Source: Paragordius varius
Taxonomy: Eukaryota; Animalia; Nematomorpha
Assembly (NCBI GenBank): GCA_964247055.1
Contig: OZ176050.1
Coordinates: 8,370,001-8,434,000 of the forward strand
DNA length: 64,000 bases
Direction of reading: 5' to 3'
In this document: positions 15,267 to 29,776 of the stretch, piece after piece
Position numbering within the stretch: the first letter of the stretch is position 1
How the letters are laid out: each line of letters starts with the position of its first letter
Made by a program: the position numbers and the translations under genes
The notes under the pieces: generated by a model
Databases searched by the model: none
Seen by the model: only the letters and a program-made list of their open reading frames with translations
Told to the model about the DNA's origin: nothing

Positions 15267-15342
15267 AATATGGCGTCGCTTGGTTAGTTATATTTATAAT
15301 AAAATCAATTTAGAGAGACTGGGTAGCCATTCCCTTGCCAAT
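15267..15342 (-). promoter_or_regulatory. Candidate core promoter for POU3: CCAAT box, TATA box and YY1/Inr-like motif
   Basis: On the minus strand TATAAATA (15291-15298) lies 27 nt upstream of the CA in CGCCATATT (15267-15275, YY1-like). CCAAT (15338-15342) is about 70 nt upstream of that CA. Spacing is canonical, but motifs in AT-rich DNA are weak evidence and there is no transcript data. Confidence 0.4.
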
Positions 15343-18300
15343 AATGAAAAATTTTATGAAGCATTGAACCCAGCCAGGTAAAGATATTTATTATGAAAAT
15401 AAATTAAGAATATGGCAGTTAGAATGAAATATTGCCAAAATAAACATGCGGTCAATACCTTAAAAATATAATTGTCCAAATATCATCAGTTAAAATAGTT
15501 AGATATTTAAGCCAGCCTATATCTGTCAAAACTAGCACACAATAAAGAGATACAAATTACTTTTAAAAGATAATAATTATTTTATTAGTCAATTTTAAAT
15601 AATCATTTGTACTTTTTATTTTGATATTATTTTAAAGTATAAAAAGTCCTATTGTATACCAAGGTGAAAATGGTCAAGCGTCACGTTAGATGGTACTCAA
15701 AATATTAAAAGTTTATTTTAATCACTACACATATAAAACACACGCAGATTACATAAAAATATAAAATTCAGGTAGGAGGATGCCTTAATAAAATAATATA
15801 ATATTTTTGCACCAAAAATCATACGTAACGTCAAAAAAAGAGGGTATAAATTTGTAAAAATGTGATAGGAAATAGAGATTATCTATTTCATATATATTTA
15901 TATTTAGGTATAGATAGTATAATAAGATTATAGTTGCAATAACGCAGAAACAATTGTTTTGCGGTATTTATAATACGTACGTACTTACATTTGACACTTT
16001 TCAAACCAACCATACACATATTCATATTTTTTCGCCTTTGCGGTGTGTGTATTTGTACTAAATTAGAAGGTAAAGATATGTGTCAAGGTGTTTTCTAATT
16101 AAGTATTAAATTATATTTTCATTTGTGATTTATTTATGTAATGATATAACTGCAAATGAAACATAAAAGGATTTATATATGGATGAACTTTGACTTTTTA
16201 TTAGTATACATGTATTATTGGATTGGGAAGTATAGAATGCGACAAAGTCGCACAAATTAACGTGTACAAAAAAAATTGTCGTCAATCAAAAGAAACGGTG
16301 TTGTTTTGTAATTGATATGGGAGAATCAACTTTTTAAAATCAGATTAAAAATATCGTAATATAAGCTATCGATTGTATCTTGCCGACAAAGAAATAAAAA
16401 ATCAGAGAAAATATACCCATCACTATACAACTTTCTTTCGTTTTCAAATGCACATCAAAAATTATATACCTGTTAATCTTAACTTCCATTCAAACAAATC
16501 AATATAAATAAAAAATTACGATTCTTGACAACAAACACAAATACGGTAATAGTATTTTTTTAATTGGTCAAAAGAAGTTAAGAGAACTTAATAGATTAAT
16601 TTAAAACAAAATCAATTTTTAATTTCGATTGCCGGCCCTAAGGTACAGAGGTTATAATCAAATAAAAATTTTTTATTTCAAATTAATATATTAAATCATC
16701 AAAAATTGGTGCAAAAATTCAACTACTTTACATCCAAAAAGTAATTTATAATTGTTATTTTGTCATTTAAATATCATCTATCTAACGCTTTATAAATATT
16801 TTAAGACAGGGATTTAAAATGTATCTCAACTAATATCAGCCCAGATAATTCTTAGCTTAACATGTAATAGTAAAAATCCTCATGAATTTTAAATTTACTT
16901 TGAATAAGATTAAATAAAAACCGTTCGAAATTTGTAATTGGCAATTTATTTTGCCCTTAAAAAAGAACCATTTCCATTTTGATAAAAGTTAATAATATAT
17001 ATACATATAAATTATTCCAAGTTTGTTTTTCATTTTCAATGTACCTACCTGTTCTCTTAATAAGATAATAATTTATCATTTCCTATATAATTAATGTAAA
17101 AAACGACTTAAATTTACCCAAAAAAATCATAAAAAACTAATAATGATCGATTTGGTGTGTGAATTATGCTAATTTACTACATTTTTTTAAAAAAAGGTAA
17201 AAAAAATTTATTCAAAAATAAAAGTTATAAAAATAAATTTATTCAAGAGTTTAAAATTGAGTACAACTCAAAAAACTAATCGAATTAAAAAGATGATCGT
17301 TCTCTCTCTACCTGTATAATTATCAAAGCAAACTATATTAATAAATGATTTTTTTTCTTCGTATTGTCGGTAAATTATACAGCATATATATATTTCAAAA
17401 GCCTAATATAAACCACAAATTTATGTTTTTAAAGGTGATAGTGATAGATAGATAGATAGATTTTGTGAATATATAATTTCTTTTCTTCTCTTTCGATGAA
17501 AACCTTCCATTCCCAACATAATTAATACTGCTTAAAAGTTTTATTTAAAACAATATTTTCTACAACTAGTTTTATTTTTAGGATAAATTAGCATTTTTAA
17601 ATCTCATTAATGAGCTCTGAGCTCTTCTGAACTCAAATATTTTTTTCCATCATTTAATATTATTAGAAAAGAAAACAACTTCCAATAGTCATCGCTGGTA
17701 TAGTTTTTAGTATAATACAAATCAACAAACCTAAAATTAATTTACATAAATTTTTTTGAAAAATGAATCATTGATAATAATACTTTTTAAAAAATCCATA
17801 AAAATATAAAATTATTAAACTCCAACTTCAATCAATCAAATAAACATATCCATTTTTGTAAAAGAATGACCTCTTTATGGATATCGCTGGCGTCAAGTTA
17901 AAACATAAATAATAATGATATTGTTTTATAATTTAATTTTTTCTTTTATTTTTTTGGGCAGCATTTTTCGAGGACTCCACAAAATAAAATTAAATTTTAT
18001 TCTGATTTTTTGCATAAATATATTTTTATGGTTTTTCAGCCAAAAACAAACGATAGTTTTTAAAAGTAAAAAATATTTGCCTAGTCAATAGTTTTTCTGC
18101 AAGTAAGAGGTTCCGGTATTTTACGATTAATGCATTGATAACAATTTCCTTCTTGAACAAAAAAATATAATTGTATCGCGAAAACCTAAAATTATATCAG
18201 ATTTGTTTTAAATACTTCGTCAAAAATCAAACATGAATACATAGTTGGTCTGTACAATTGTAATTCCAATTCTTAACATCAAAATGTTAAACGATCGAGT

Positions 18301-19490
18301 TTTCTAAAAATTGTAAAATCCCCTAATCAAAAAATTAATTGATGACACCTTAAATTATTAGGTTTACAAATCCCTATTACGGGTATCAATTGCAGTGACC
18401 GGTTCATAAATTTTCATGTACCTTTCGAGATAAGTTGAAACAGAACTTTTTAATCCTTTATAAAGCACACTACTTAAATTATGAACATTTTGATTATAGC
18501 AAAACAAACACTAGTGTGCCACTAAATTAGCCACCGATATGTGTCGAAACCCCAAAAAAGTGGTATTAAAAAAAGTTATATTCTACTTACATGAAATTTC
18601 GTGGGTATATCTTTTTCAGTTTAACATCTAGTTCGGGTTGTTTTACTCTTCAAATTAATGCTATAACAATCTTCAAATTTAATTAGTGAGCACAACTTAT
18701 CTTTCAACAAAATATTTACATTTAACAATTATACAATTATGGAAAAAAATTAAAGCGTTGACAGTTTTATCAGCCATAAAAATGCAACATCTTACAAAAA
18801 TGTACATTTATATATGATAAAAGGCTTGTGGCTATAATTAGCCTTACTTACTTTTCAACCAACACCTAAAAGCTTGTTCCACACAATGCTCCATAAATTA
18901 TTTTATTATATATTTTATATTATTTCTTAATTAATGGTTTGTTAGTGGTGGCAGTTAAACACAAGACAAGGCAAGCGATGATAAGAAAAAAATTAATTAA
19001 ATTTGCCACACGCGTTAAAATATCTGTCTCAATTAGAGCAAAAACTTGAGACTAACCTTGCTAACCATTTCGCTCTCTCTCTCTAAACGAAAAATCGATG
19101 AATTTGGGTCTTTTATTGATGTTAAAAAAACACTAAAAATTAAACAATTGTATGGATTGTAGAGTTCTTAGCTCTAAAAAATTCATATAATCAAAATTAT
19201 GTAATCTAAAGTTTGTGAATTGAAAATCAAATTAAAATTCAATCTTTTTACAGTATCTTTAAAAAACAAAACACACGTAAACAATTATGAGCTAGTATGT
19301 TATTAATGTCATGAGGGAACCATACACTTTATGAAAGTCTAAACAAAAGATGTAAATTATTTAGAATTTCAGAATATGTTATGCATCTCATCTTCTATTC
19401 AAATATTTAAAAATGAATGATAGATAATAATCTAAAATAATGAAAATATTGAAAATACTAATATATGCAATATGCAATGTAAAATGTAGT

Positions 19491-19505
19491 CCCCCCCCCC
19501 CCCCC
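19491..19505. repeat. C15 homopolymer (G15 on the minus strand)
   Basis: 15 consecutive C in an otherwise very AT-rich region. Confidence 0.95.
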
Positions 19506-22067
19506 AGAGAATAATTGTAATTAACTAGAAAAAAGTAAATTATTATAAGTTTTTGTTAGTTAGTTTGTTTGCGCATGTAAAAAGGCACAACAATATCCAA
19601 AAAAAGAGTATCATCTCAACATTAGCTGGAATGGGAATAGTAAATAAAAATGGCTGAAAAATGCATTAATCATATGAAAATATCAAAATTTTATATACTA
19701 AAAATACTCTATATGTATAGATAGATATTTGGTTGTTTTAATATACATATCATGTCTAAAATTATCTAACACCAAATCTTCAAATATGTTATACTTTTTG
19801 GTTATTAATGGGTTGACCAAAATAGAAATATCAAAGACCCCAATATAAAAAAGGTTATTTTATCAGGAAAGCGAAATTGAATAGATAAATTTTGGGGTTG
19901 GTTTCATCAAATACCATTTTTTACGCATATAAACCTTAACTTCGTCAAAAAAATTCTGAAATTTAACTATTTCTTATTCATCATAGATAGGATCCCAAAC
20001 TAGATTAATTAGCACATATAATTTTTAAAACTCATGTTTTCTTGCAAATTAAATATATTATTTAGACTCCTCCAAAGAAAAAACTCAACTATCCCCTCCT
20101 TTTCTTTCAAAAAAAAGACACGAAAAAGGAATAAAAGTTAATTAGGTCTTTTATGAAAACTACTGGCTTCATATTTTGGCTAAAACTCAATGAATTTTCA
20201 TCTTTACTAGACACCGTTTAAGCAAATTTTTTTTCCACAAAGAATATTATTAATTTTATTGTAATCATTTAGTAAATTAAAAATTATTGAAATTGAATTA
20301 AATAATAAAAAACAGATTAAACACTATAATCGTTAAGTATAAAATACAAATTAATTATTAGCACACTTTCGATAAATTTGCAAAAAAAGTCTGAAGCAGT
20401 TTTTGGATTTATTGCTTCCAAATAAAATAATTTTACTAGATATCAAAACTAAAATGAAAATTTTAAATATTACTTTTTTAAAAAATGAACACTAAAACTC
20501 AACTTCTTTTAAAATCAAAATATAAAAATTATACCACAAAAATCCTATTTGTTCCGCAATAAATATACAAATTTATCAACCTAATTTTAATCTGATAGTT
20601 TGCATAATAAATTTTTGTGTTATAGAAACAAATACTATATGCCAAATTACATTTTCCACCATCATATTTTATTTATTGCCATTCTTCATTCAAACAAATA
20701 CCAAAATATATTATGTTTCTCCCATTTTGGCTAAATTTGTGCAAAAAAAATATTTTATTAATATTAATTTTTACTCCAAAAATGCAATAAATAAGAGAAT
20801 TCGTGACTTTTATGTTTAAACTTTAATTATTTTATGTAAATGTGTTGTCCTCTTCTAGTTTCTTTAGGCTTGTTTTTATTATTATTAATATTATTATTAT
20901 ACAAATGATAAAATTTGGATATATAAATATATATATATATATATATAGTTCTATGCGTTGTACACAGGTTTTATTGGTTTTAAGGGAATTTCAATTGGTA
21001 AATTTTATAATGGTCTAAGCATTCACCAACTAAAGTTCCCTGATAACCAATATTATATGTTCTTTATTTTAGAATGCCTTATATAAGTAAGTATATACAT
21101 AAAGTTTAGTTGGTATAAGTATAAGAATGGTAATCGTATGTAAAAATGGCTAAATATTCAAAATATTCAATATTATTATTTTTATTATTGAAAATAAGAG
21201 AAAGAGATCCCTGGAAACATTTCTAATAGCTAAGCTTGGTGAGATAAAAAACAAGTTTTTTACAATTTAAATAGATTAATTTATATTTGAATACAGAAAA
21301 ACAAAGTATCATCAAAAGAAACGTTTATGGAAAAACCAATTTTTGAATGAATGCATATTTGATTTATTAATGTCTCCAATTGTTTTGCATAAAAATATCC
21401 AATAATATAACAAACACAATATAAACCCTCTGAATTTCTTCTGTGCAATTATACCTTCTATAAATGAATATAAAAAATTTAAATTTCCAAAATTTACAAA
21501 AAAATTTACAAAGTAGTGTTAATTTTTAACTATAGAGGAAAAAAGACGTTATATGCCAAATTATAGGAATACATTTATCAGGCACACCAAATAGATAAAA
21601 TTATAGAGTTTGACTAAGATAGCTAAAAATTATATTGACATTACCTCAAGTAATACCTCGCATTTTGATATCAAACAGTTCCAGGCGAGGTAACGCCACA
21701 TTTTGCAGAATTAATAGTATAAAAAATTTCATTAAACTTTGTGACTTATATGAGATGGTAAAAAATGTTGTTTGTGATCCAAAATTAAATATGGGTATAC
21801 CAACGGATTCAAGAAAAACGAATTCGTATTTTCAGCGATGTGATTGAAAAATGTTCAAATTGCTTTTTAGCGAGACAAATGTTATTATAGGTGAAAAAAT
21901 ATCAAAAAAGTTGAATATAAAAATGTTTTTTATGTTTATCCCATTATGGTAAGATAGATAATTATGCGCTCCAACAAATTAGCCTTAGTTAGTTTTTTTG
22001 TCTTATTCTGGTATAATAAAAATTCATAAAACCTTTCCTCCATTCTCATATCTACTTACATGTATAG

Positions 22068-22104
<37 letters not shown>

Positions 22105-23129
22105 TCCAAAATTCTTTTGAACCACATCGTCTTCATCTTACCTAATCTATATTCCAACTTGCTTCTAACATATGTGTGGAGTTTTCAAATATATTTGTGC
22201 GGATATCATTTGTGATATATTTTTATATTGTATAACAAATTTGGCCTATTTATTTATATAAGCATTTATGTATAGCTAAATCTTATAGAGGGCAATAGAA
22301 TACTAATATCTACAAAATATTTTATAACCTTATAACAATTTTTTTTACAATTAAATAAATATTTCTTTTGCTAAGAAAACGTTTGGGCATATTTTCCGTT
22401 TGCTCATTCCAACACGAATCTACTTAAAAATATCAAGGGAGCAATCAATTGAAAAATATCTCATAAAATTTCTTTTAAACTCGGCTGGCAACAATTTTTT
22501 AAATTAAAAATATTTTTTATTAAAAAACACTGATTCAAATATTCCAGTAAGATTTAGTATCAGGGGCAATGGTTTTATAAAGTTATCAAACCCTAAAGTA
22601 ACACTTATTACTTGTATCATTTCTTTAAATGTAATGTTATTATTATTATTAAAAAGAAAAGATATTGTACCTCGTAGTTTAACATGACAAGAATTTCCCT
22701 TACAAAAGTCAAACAATATGAATCCAATTTTACCTGATAGTTATAAGGAATTTTTTGTTAGGATCATCTTTGTTCAAATATATTTTAATAAAAAAAGTTT
22801 TCACGGTGGTTTATTAAACCATTCTTCTGTTGGTTGACTACTAATTCCCATAATATAATAATACAAATAACTGGCATCATGAATCCACATTAATCTTTTT
22901 ACAGTATCAAATATATAATTATTAAGATATGTTTCCACCATTTTGAAATTATAGGAACAACTATTTTAAATTCTCAAATATTTGATAGGAGGGCCTTGAT
23001 TCAAAGTATTTTTGGGGTTTAAAACGGAAATTAAAACATAAAAATGGGTTGTGTGTGCAGATACAGTCAAAAATATATAAATGATAAAAAATTTTAAATT
23101 TTAAGAGATTTCTTCCTCCAAACAAAAAA

Positions 23130-23410
23130 ATAAATGTTAATTTGCATAAAATTATAATAAAATGGAATGTTAAGCAGCCTATTTATTATTATCATTTATT
23201 CTGAATATTTTTATACATATTATAAACACCAAAAAAATTTAACTAAAAATATTTTTTTACATTACCATTATTATGCAAAACGACAATTTTGTGCATATTA
23301 TTAATAAAAATAATTATATATATTTTATATGATGTGTGCGCGATTTTTGCATGAATATTTATAAATGCAAATTTTTGCTGTTTTAAATTTTCAAACACAA
23401 CCATTTGCAC
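23130..23410. promoter_or_regulatory. Distal cluster of POU octamer sites
   Basis: TAATTTGCATAA (octamer at 23140-23147), TTATGCAAAA (~23272), TTTTGCATGAAT (~23345) and ATGCAAAT (23365-23372). Confidence 0.25.
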
Positions 23411-26400
23411 TTCTCTGCGGTTTTTTCTTAATATGTAATGTATATATTGATAGCATTTTAATTAAATTATTATAGTTAATTATATTTACCAATTTTTTAA
23501 TTAACATGTCGATAAATTATATATGGGAAAATATTTTTACTGCAACGGTTTAAAGGTTTCGCGTTTTTATCAGCCAATAAATATATAATTTAGTCAAAAT
23601 AAGTAGAAGAAGGATAATCTTATTAGAGCGCTGCAAAAATTAAATATGAAAAACAAATTATATTGTATTTTGAATCCAAAAAACCATGTCAGCTAAATAT
23701 AGGAGATCATCAAGTCTGCCTCACCAAGTCAAATTAATTTTTATGTTTTTGCAAATATATTTTGATTATTTCTCTTCCCTTTTATTACAAGTTTAAACTA
23801 ACTATTTATATTAATTATATTTTGGCCCATTGCTAATCTCCTTAGTAATTAATATTTTTAAATAAAAATATATATAAACCGTTTTAAGGCCAGGTAGTAA
23901 TCTGGTAAAATCTAATTGTCTAAGCCGCTAAGTGGTAATTTTGGCCACAAATTGCAACTGAGTTTAGCTAGTTAAAAACGAAGCGGGCTATCGAATGATT
24001 ACATAAAAATGACAATTTTATGCAGTCAGTGTCTGTTGGGTCTTAAGGATGCCCAACATGGGCGTTTTAGAAATAATTAAATATCTCATTTTAGACTGCA
24101 TGTAGGTAAGGAGTCATCATTACCATTTTCTTTATTGGTTTATTCATAAATTATTACTAATGTGGTTTTCTAAGTAGTAGCAGCTATACACTTTTTTGAG
24201 AATAGTGTGTGTGTGTGTTTGTGAGCTGTGCATATCATTTGAATATTAAATAATGTAATCTAATGTTCTTTTATTTTTATTATTGTTATTGTTATTACAA
24301 TATTTATTACATATATTATTATATGTTGGTTGGTTGGTTCTCTTCATTAGTCAAATATGCAAAACCACAACCATATATCAGAATAAGAGCGAATGGCTGG
24401 ATGATAGTTACGAAATTTGAATAAAATTTGAATAAAATTAGAATAAATTTGAATATATCAAATTAATTATTATTATTATTATAGTTTACGAATACTATTT
24501 AATATGCAAAAGGAAGATGCTGTGTTTTATAGCATAATAATATATGTAATAAAATATGCGAAAGAATTTTTACAACAAATATTAGCGGGACGAAAAAAAA
24601 TACCTTCAAATGAAATAAATATACAACACTTTTGACTTGAATATGAATATGTATAAATATAAAATTAGGTATGTATATATAATATATATGTGTGTGTTTA
24701 CGGTTAAAATCAAAAAATATATAATTTTTAGTACAATTTGTAATATATAATTTAGAAAATATTATTATGAAGAACATATATAATTATTTTATATTATTCA
24801 TTATGTAATATACAGACAGTAGTGAAAAGTTACTTATTTTTTATTAATATATTGTATATCTATATTTTGTCACCATAATTTATATGTCGCGAAAAAAAGA
24901 AGATAGACAGGTCTCTTACATATATTACATTATATAGCTTTTAGCAAATACATTATATATTTTGTAAATAAATGATTTGAGTGATTTCGTATTTTTGCAA
25001 TAATTCACAGGGTAAAACTTTCTTCTAAAAAAGTAAACTAGAATATAGGGATTCTTAAGGCATTGCCTATTATTTTCTTTAAGAATTTATGCTTCTTAAG
25101 TGTAAAAAATATAAAATATATGTGCTACCTGAAACAGGGCGTTAATTTATATACCTAATTATCAAAATTTACACACATCTTAATTATTACCTGTTAGGAA
25201 GAAACAGTTATCTAAAAGAAAAGTATGAATAATTTCATATATATATATATATATATATAAACAATTTTTTTATAAAAATAAATTATTGTAAAATTTTAAT
25301 TTACCAAGTAAATGTCACTCAACATAATAAGTAACCGTTATAACGGCAAAACTTAAAGAGTGACTGACTTTTGGAGAAAAAAAGTATATCAAATTTTATC
25401 ATTCAAACTTTGAGGTTTAACTAAATATATTTTGGATCCAAAATATATTAAAAAGGATCAAAAATTAATTTATGCAAAAGTGTTAACATATTGAGAGCAC
25501 TGCTCTTGACTTGATAGCGTGATATTATTAAAATGAAGAAAGTAATGTTTGGTGTTATATTAGGTTTTCTCTGTTAAAAATATTTAACCACATATATACT
25601 GATTGCAAATTCTCATGTGTGATAATTTAATTAAAAATGTAGATTTTTCATAATATACCAGCCATTTTTAGTACAATTTACAGTTTTTTTAATGGAATAT
25701 TTGTTGCATTATAATATCGGAAATGGAGTGAATAAATTAATATTAAAGAGAGTTTTATAAATTGAATGCAAATGTAAATTTTGACATAATTATCTAATAA
25801 TAATAATATGATAATTTATTGTAATAATCTTCATTCAATCTGGTAGATAGCTTTTTCTTAACAGTTTAGGTAAAGTTAAATTAATGTGTTCTTACCTCTA
25901 TTTTTTTAATAATTTTAAGTCGGGGCTTGGCTGGCATAGCCATTTAAAACTAAAAAATCCCCTTCTTAGAAGTTTTAAAATATTTCAATATTTATTCCCA
26001 ATATTTTTAATCATAGTTTTTATTTAGATACATATAAACGGGAGAGAAAAATTACTTTTATTTCATTTCAACACAATATATATACATACATAATAAATTA
26101 TACCTTGAAGTTATTTTATATATTAAAGGTAAAATATAGGTAGGTGTAAGTCAAAAATACGATGCATATTAAATGATGATAGACATATTCATTTTATTTA
26201 TGTATTTGGCTACATTTTTTTACCTGCCTTTAAAATATTTTATTATGGTAAACGCGTAGGCACAAAACAAAAACTATGTATTATTTAAAAATAACTATTG
26301 TTAATATCGGTAAAAAAATCTAGTGGCCAAATTTATTGATCTTCTAATATAAGGAAACCAAATTAGCATATTTGAGATTCTAAAGAAATTTTCATCCTTT

Positions 26401-27518
26401 TGCTAATACGAATTCTCTGCTCCTTAAAATCTAAATCGGTGTTTCAAAGTAGAAATTAAAATATTTGTTATAAACAGAATAAAAAAAGTCGTAAAATCTT
26501 TTTAAAAACTGCCTACACCTTTTGCATTTTAAACCAGCAAAAGTAGATAGATAGTAGTGTTTTTGGTAGTATAACTTGACTTATTTCATCTGTCCTCCTA
26601 AATATTTGGTTGAAAAGGTAAAATAAAATAAGGGTATTTTTTTGTTTTTCGGTGATAAAAATACGAAAATAGGTATAATATAATAAGGGATGATTTCGAT
26701 TTTTTATTATATAAAGTCATATATATTATATATATATATATATATATAATTTATAACATGCCTTTAGGGTTTCCAATGACACATTTTTATGCAAAACACA
26801 AAGCTGAATAAAACAAAGCCTACGATATCACCAATTTGTAGAGGGGAGAAAGGTGTTAAAAAATATTTTTGTTGATATGTTAAAATATTTTATTAAAACT
26901 TAAAAGTTAGCTTTAGTTTTATGTTTTCTGCGAAAAAGATTGGGTAAAATTAAATTATATGTTTGGCAAGATTTTATGATAATATCGGGAATTCGATAAT
27001 GATATTTATAAAGTTTTAGCTACTTATGTCACCCATATACCTGTTTTAATATACAAGTTAATTCAAATACACAAATCGTAAACTAAATAAAAACAAACAT
27101 TTTTTTCCAAAAGACCGCTGTAAATTTTTAATGTTTTTTTGAAATAAACTCATTGTTTTAAAATGCAAAGTATGAGTTAGAGATGTAAATTGGTAACACG
27201 CACAACTATATATTTTACAATCGTAAAATATTTATAGTAAAGATTAAGGTTTAACATATATGTTTGTCGTTAGTATTGGACTTTTTTCTCGTGCGATCAT
27301 TAAAAATTGTAAAAATATGTCATATTTAAAATATAATCTATCAAATTATAAGAGCATAGAGACATAATTAGTTAGTAGTTTTTATAGGTTTCCTAATTAT
27401 ACATTTAGAGTTAAAATAGATTACAAAATAAACCTTATTTTTCCTAAGTAAGTAATTTAATTGATTTAATAGTTTTAAATTAACTTGATAGAAAGGGACT
27501 CATTCGATTGTCCCGACA

Positions 27519-27556
<38 letters not shown>

Positions 27557-29469
27557 TAGTAAATTTATAATGTTATATGAATACATTAGATATGTGGCAT
27601 GGGCTAGCTAAGGTTTTGCTTTTCTATTAACTTTTTTTTATTGGTGACAACACAGCAAATCGTTCTTTTTTAACCATCCCTGAACTTTTTTGACAAATTT
27701 TTTACTTCATTTATCTAAATTTACATTAATATTTGAACATTGACAGGTATATTATTCTCACTAAAGTTGGGTTTAACCGGTTATGAATACATATATATAG
27801 CATATATGGCCATGACTGTTACCGTTTTTACAAATAAAAGACAATTTATTTTGGAAATATGTTTTCATTTATGCGATAAAAAAAATATGCATCAATGGTA
27901 AATAAAGCTTAAATATAAAAAAACCTGTTTTTAAGTTTAACCAATTTTAAATTTTGTCAATAGGTTTATTTTGATTATTTATATCAATTATGGAATTTAA
28001 CCACCTGCCTTCCTAAGCACGGGTTATTGATTTTTAAAATGCCACCAATTCAACTCCTCAAAATTAAATTCGATGAAGCTTGCCTTCACATTCAAAAAAT
28101 ATTAGAAAAATTATTAATGGTTTTCAAGATGAAGTCCTATTTAAGTATCAGCATTATGATAATCAAATATTTTGGTTTAATATTAAATTTCCATTCAGAT
28201 TTATTGATTATGAAAAATCAAAATTCAATTATATATTTGGCAAGGGTGAAATCAAAAACATTTTACATGGGACTTATTATTATACATTAGTTTTTATCTA
28301 TATTTTTATCTTTATACAAAAAAGTCCAAAAATATATTAACAAAGGATAATGAAAATATTGTAATATGTAGAATAGAAATCTGTGCCTAAAAAAGTTGAT
28401 TTATATAATTTGTATAAAAAACACCAAAAAACATACAAAAATTAAATCATTTCAATTCAATCCAATCCAATTCAATTCCTTAGTGAATACATATTTGTGT
28501 TTGTGTATATACGATAATATGACTTTCTTTTTGACAGGAAATATTGTAAAAAAGTTATGGCCATCAAAATCTATATTGATACTAATCAAATACCACCGTG
28601 TATATAATATATCTTATGGCAAAAGTCAATGATAAATCCCAAATTCGTATATACATAATTGTGTTTATAAAATAGATATATTAAATATAAGTGATTATAT
28701 AAATAAGATAATCATATTTTTTCCTAACTGATATAATCTATGAAGCCTCAATCAAAAATATTGAATAACTGGGTAACTAAACTTGACACTGTGCGCCTAA
28801 TTAATATATTTTTCACCATTGGTAGCCTCAAGGTTTTTAAGATATAATTGACATTTTCGATAATTTTTAATCATATCCGCGCAAAACAAATATTTAATTA
28901 AATTTAAACGGTTTTTAGTTTTTTACTATTAAAGTGCACTAAAAAGCAAATTCCAAATGAATAAAGACCTACATATAATATTTAAGGTATATAATATTTA
29001 AAAAATTTGTCTAGTTCTAGCTTTTATAAAACACCCTTTGTATCAAAAAAGACTTCAACAGTGGCTGTTTTTAAATATATCCAGTCAAAAAAATTAATGT
29101 TAACCAAAATTAATATTATTTTTTTAAAATATATTATATATATCAAAGGACAAATTGAAAGGGCTAAATTTTTTATTTAAATTCAAATTTAAAAATATTT
29201 GTTTAAATACAGGTTTAAAAAACTTAAGCCACATGTTGTTTTGCCCTATAAATTTCGTTACGAAAATACAATTAAACCAGCTAACCTCTTTTGTGTGGAT
29301 GTATTAGTATTTCCTTTTTATCTCTTTTTAAGAAATTTGCGATTTTTAAATGTTTGATATCTCATGTTCTATGCATCAGTTTTAAATTATAATTTTTAAC
29401 AAATCAATCCTGTTTTTATAATTTTTTTACAACAAACCCAAATGCCATATTCATGCCCAAAGTCTAAAA

Positions 29470-29776
29470 CAGGGGTGTTCAACACGCGGCCCTCCAAAAT
29501 ATTTCTCTAGCCGGCGATAAATTTAAAAAAAATTACCAAATACAAAATTTCTTTCAAAAAATACTATTTACAAATTATTTATAAAAATGATATTTCACAA
29601 ACAAATTTTGATGGAGTGTTCAAGTAATTAATAGTTATATTGTATTCGTAATTTTTTGGCTTATGTTTATAAACTACAGAAAAAAATTTGATGCCCATGT
29701 ATTTTCAAAATGCGGCCCGTCGGATTTTTTGAGTCCAAAATGCGGCTCTCGAACCCATTTGTGTTGTGCACCCCTA
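29470..29776. mobile_element. hAT (Charlie-like) MITE, ~307 bp
   Basis: Termini CAGGGGTGTTCAAC and GTTGTGCACCCCTA are imperfect TIRs, with subterminal GCGGCCC motifs. The left flank GTCTAAAA fits the NTCTARAN target preference, but no matching TSD is seen on the right. Confidence 0.65.

Noticed and set aside
21600-21800. Faint resemblance to a hAT C-terminal dimerisation domain (KIAKNY...SSNTS; GNATFCRINSIK)
   Set aside because: Needs several assumed frameshifts, and no TIR or TSD was found.
28027-28632. Three 78-87-aa ORFs
   Set aside because: Low-complexity I/K/F/Y-rich translations typical of AT-rich non-coding DNA.
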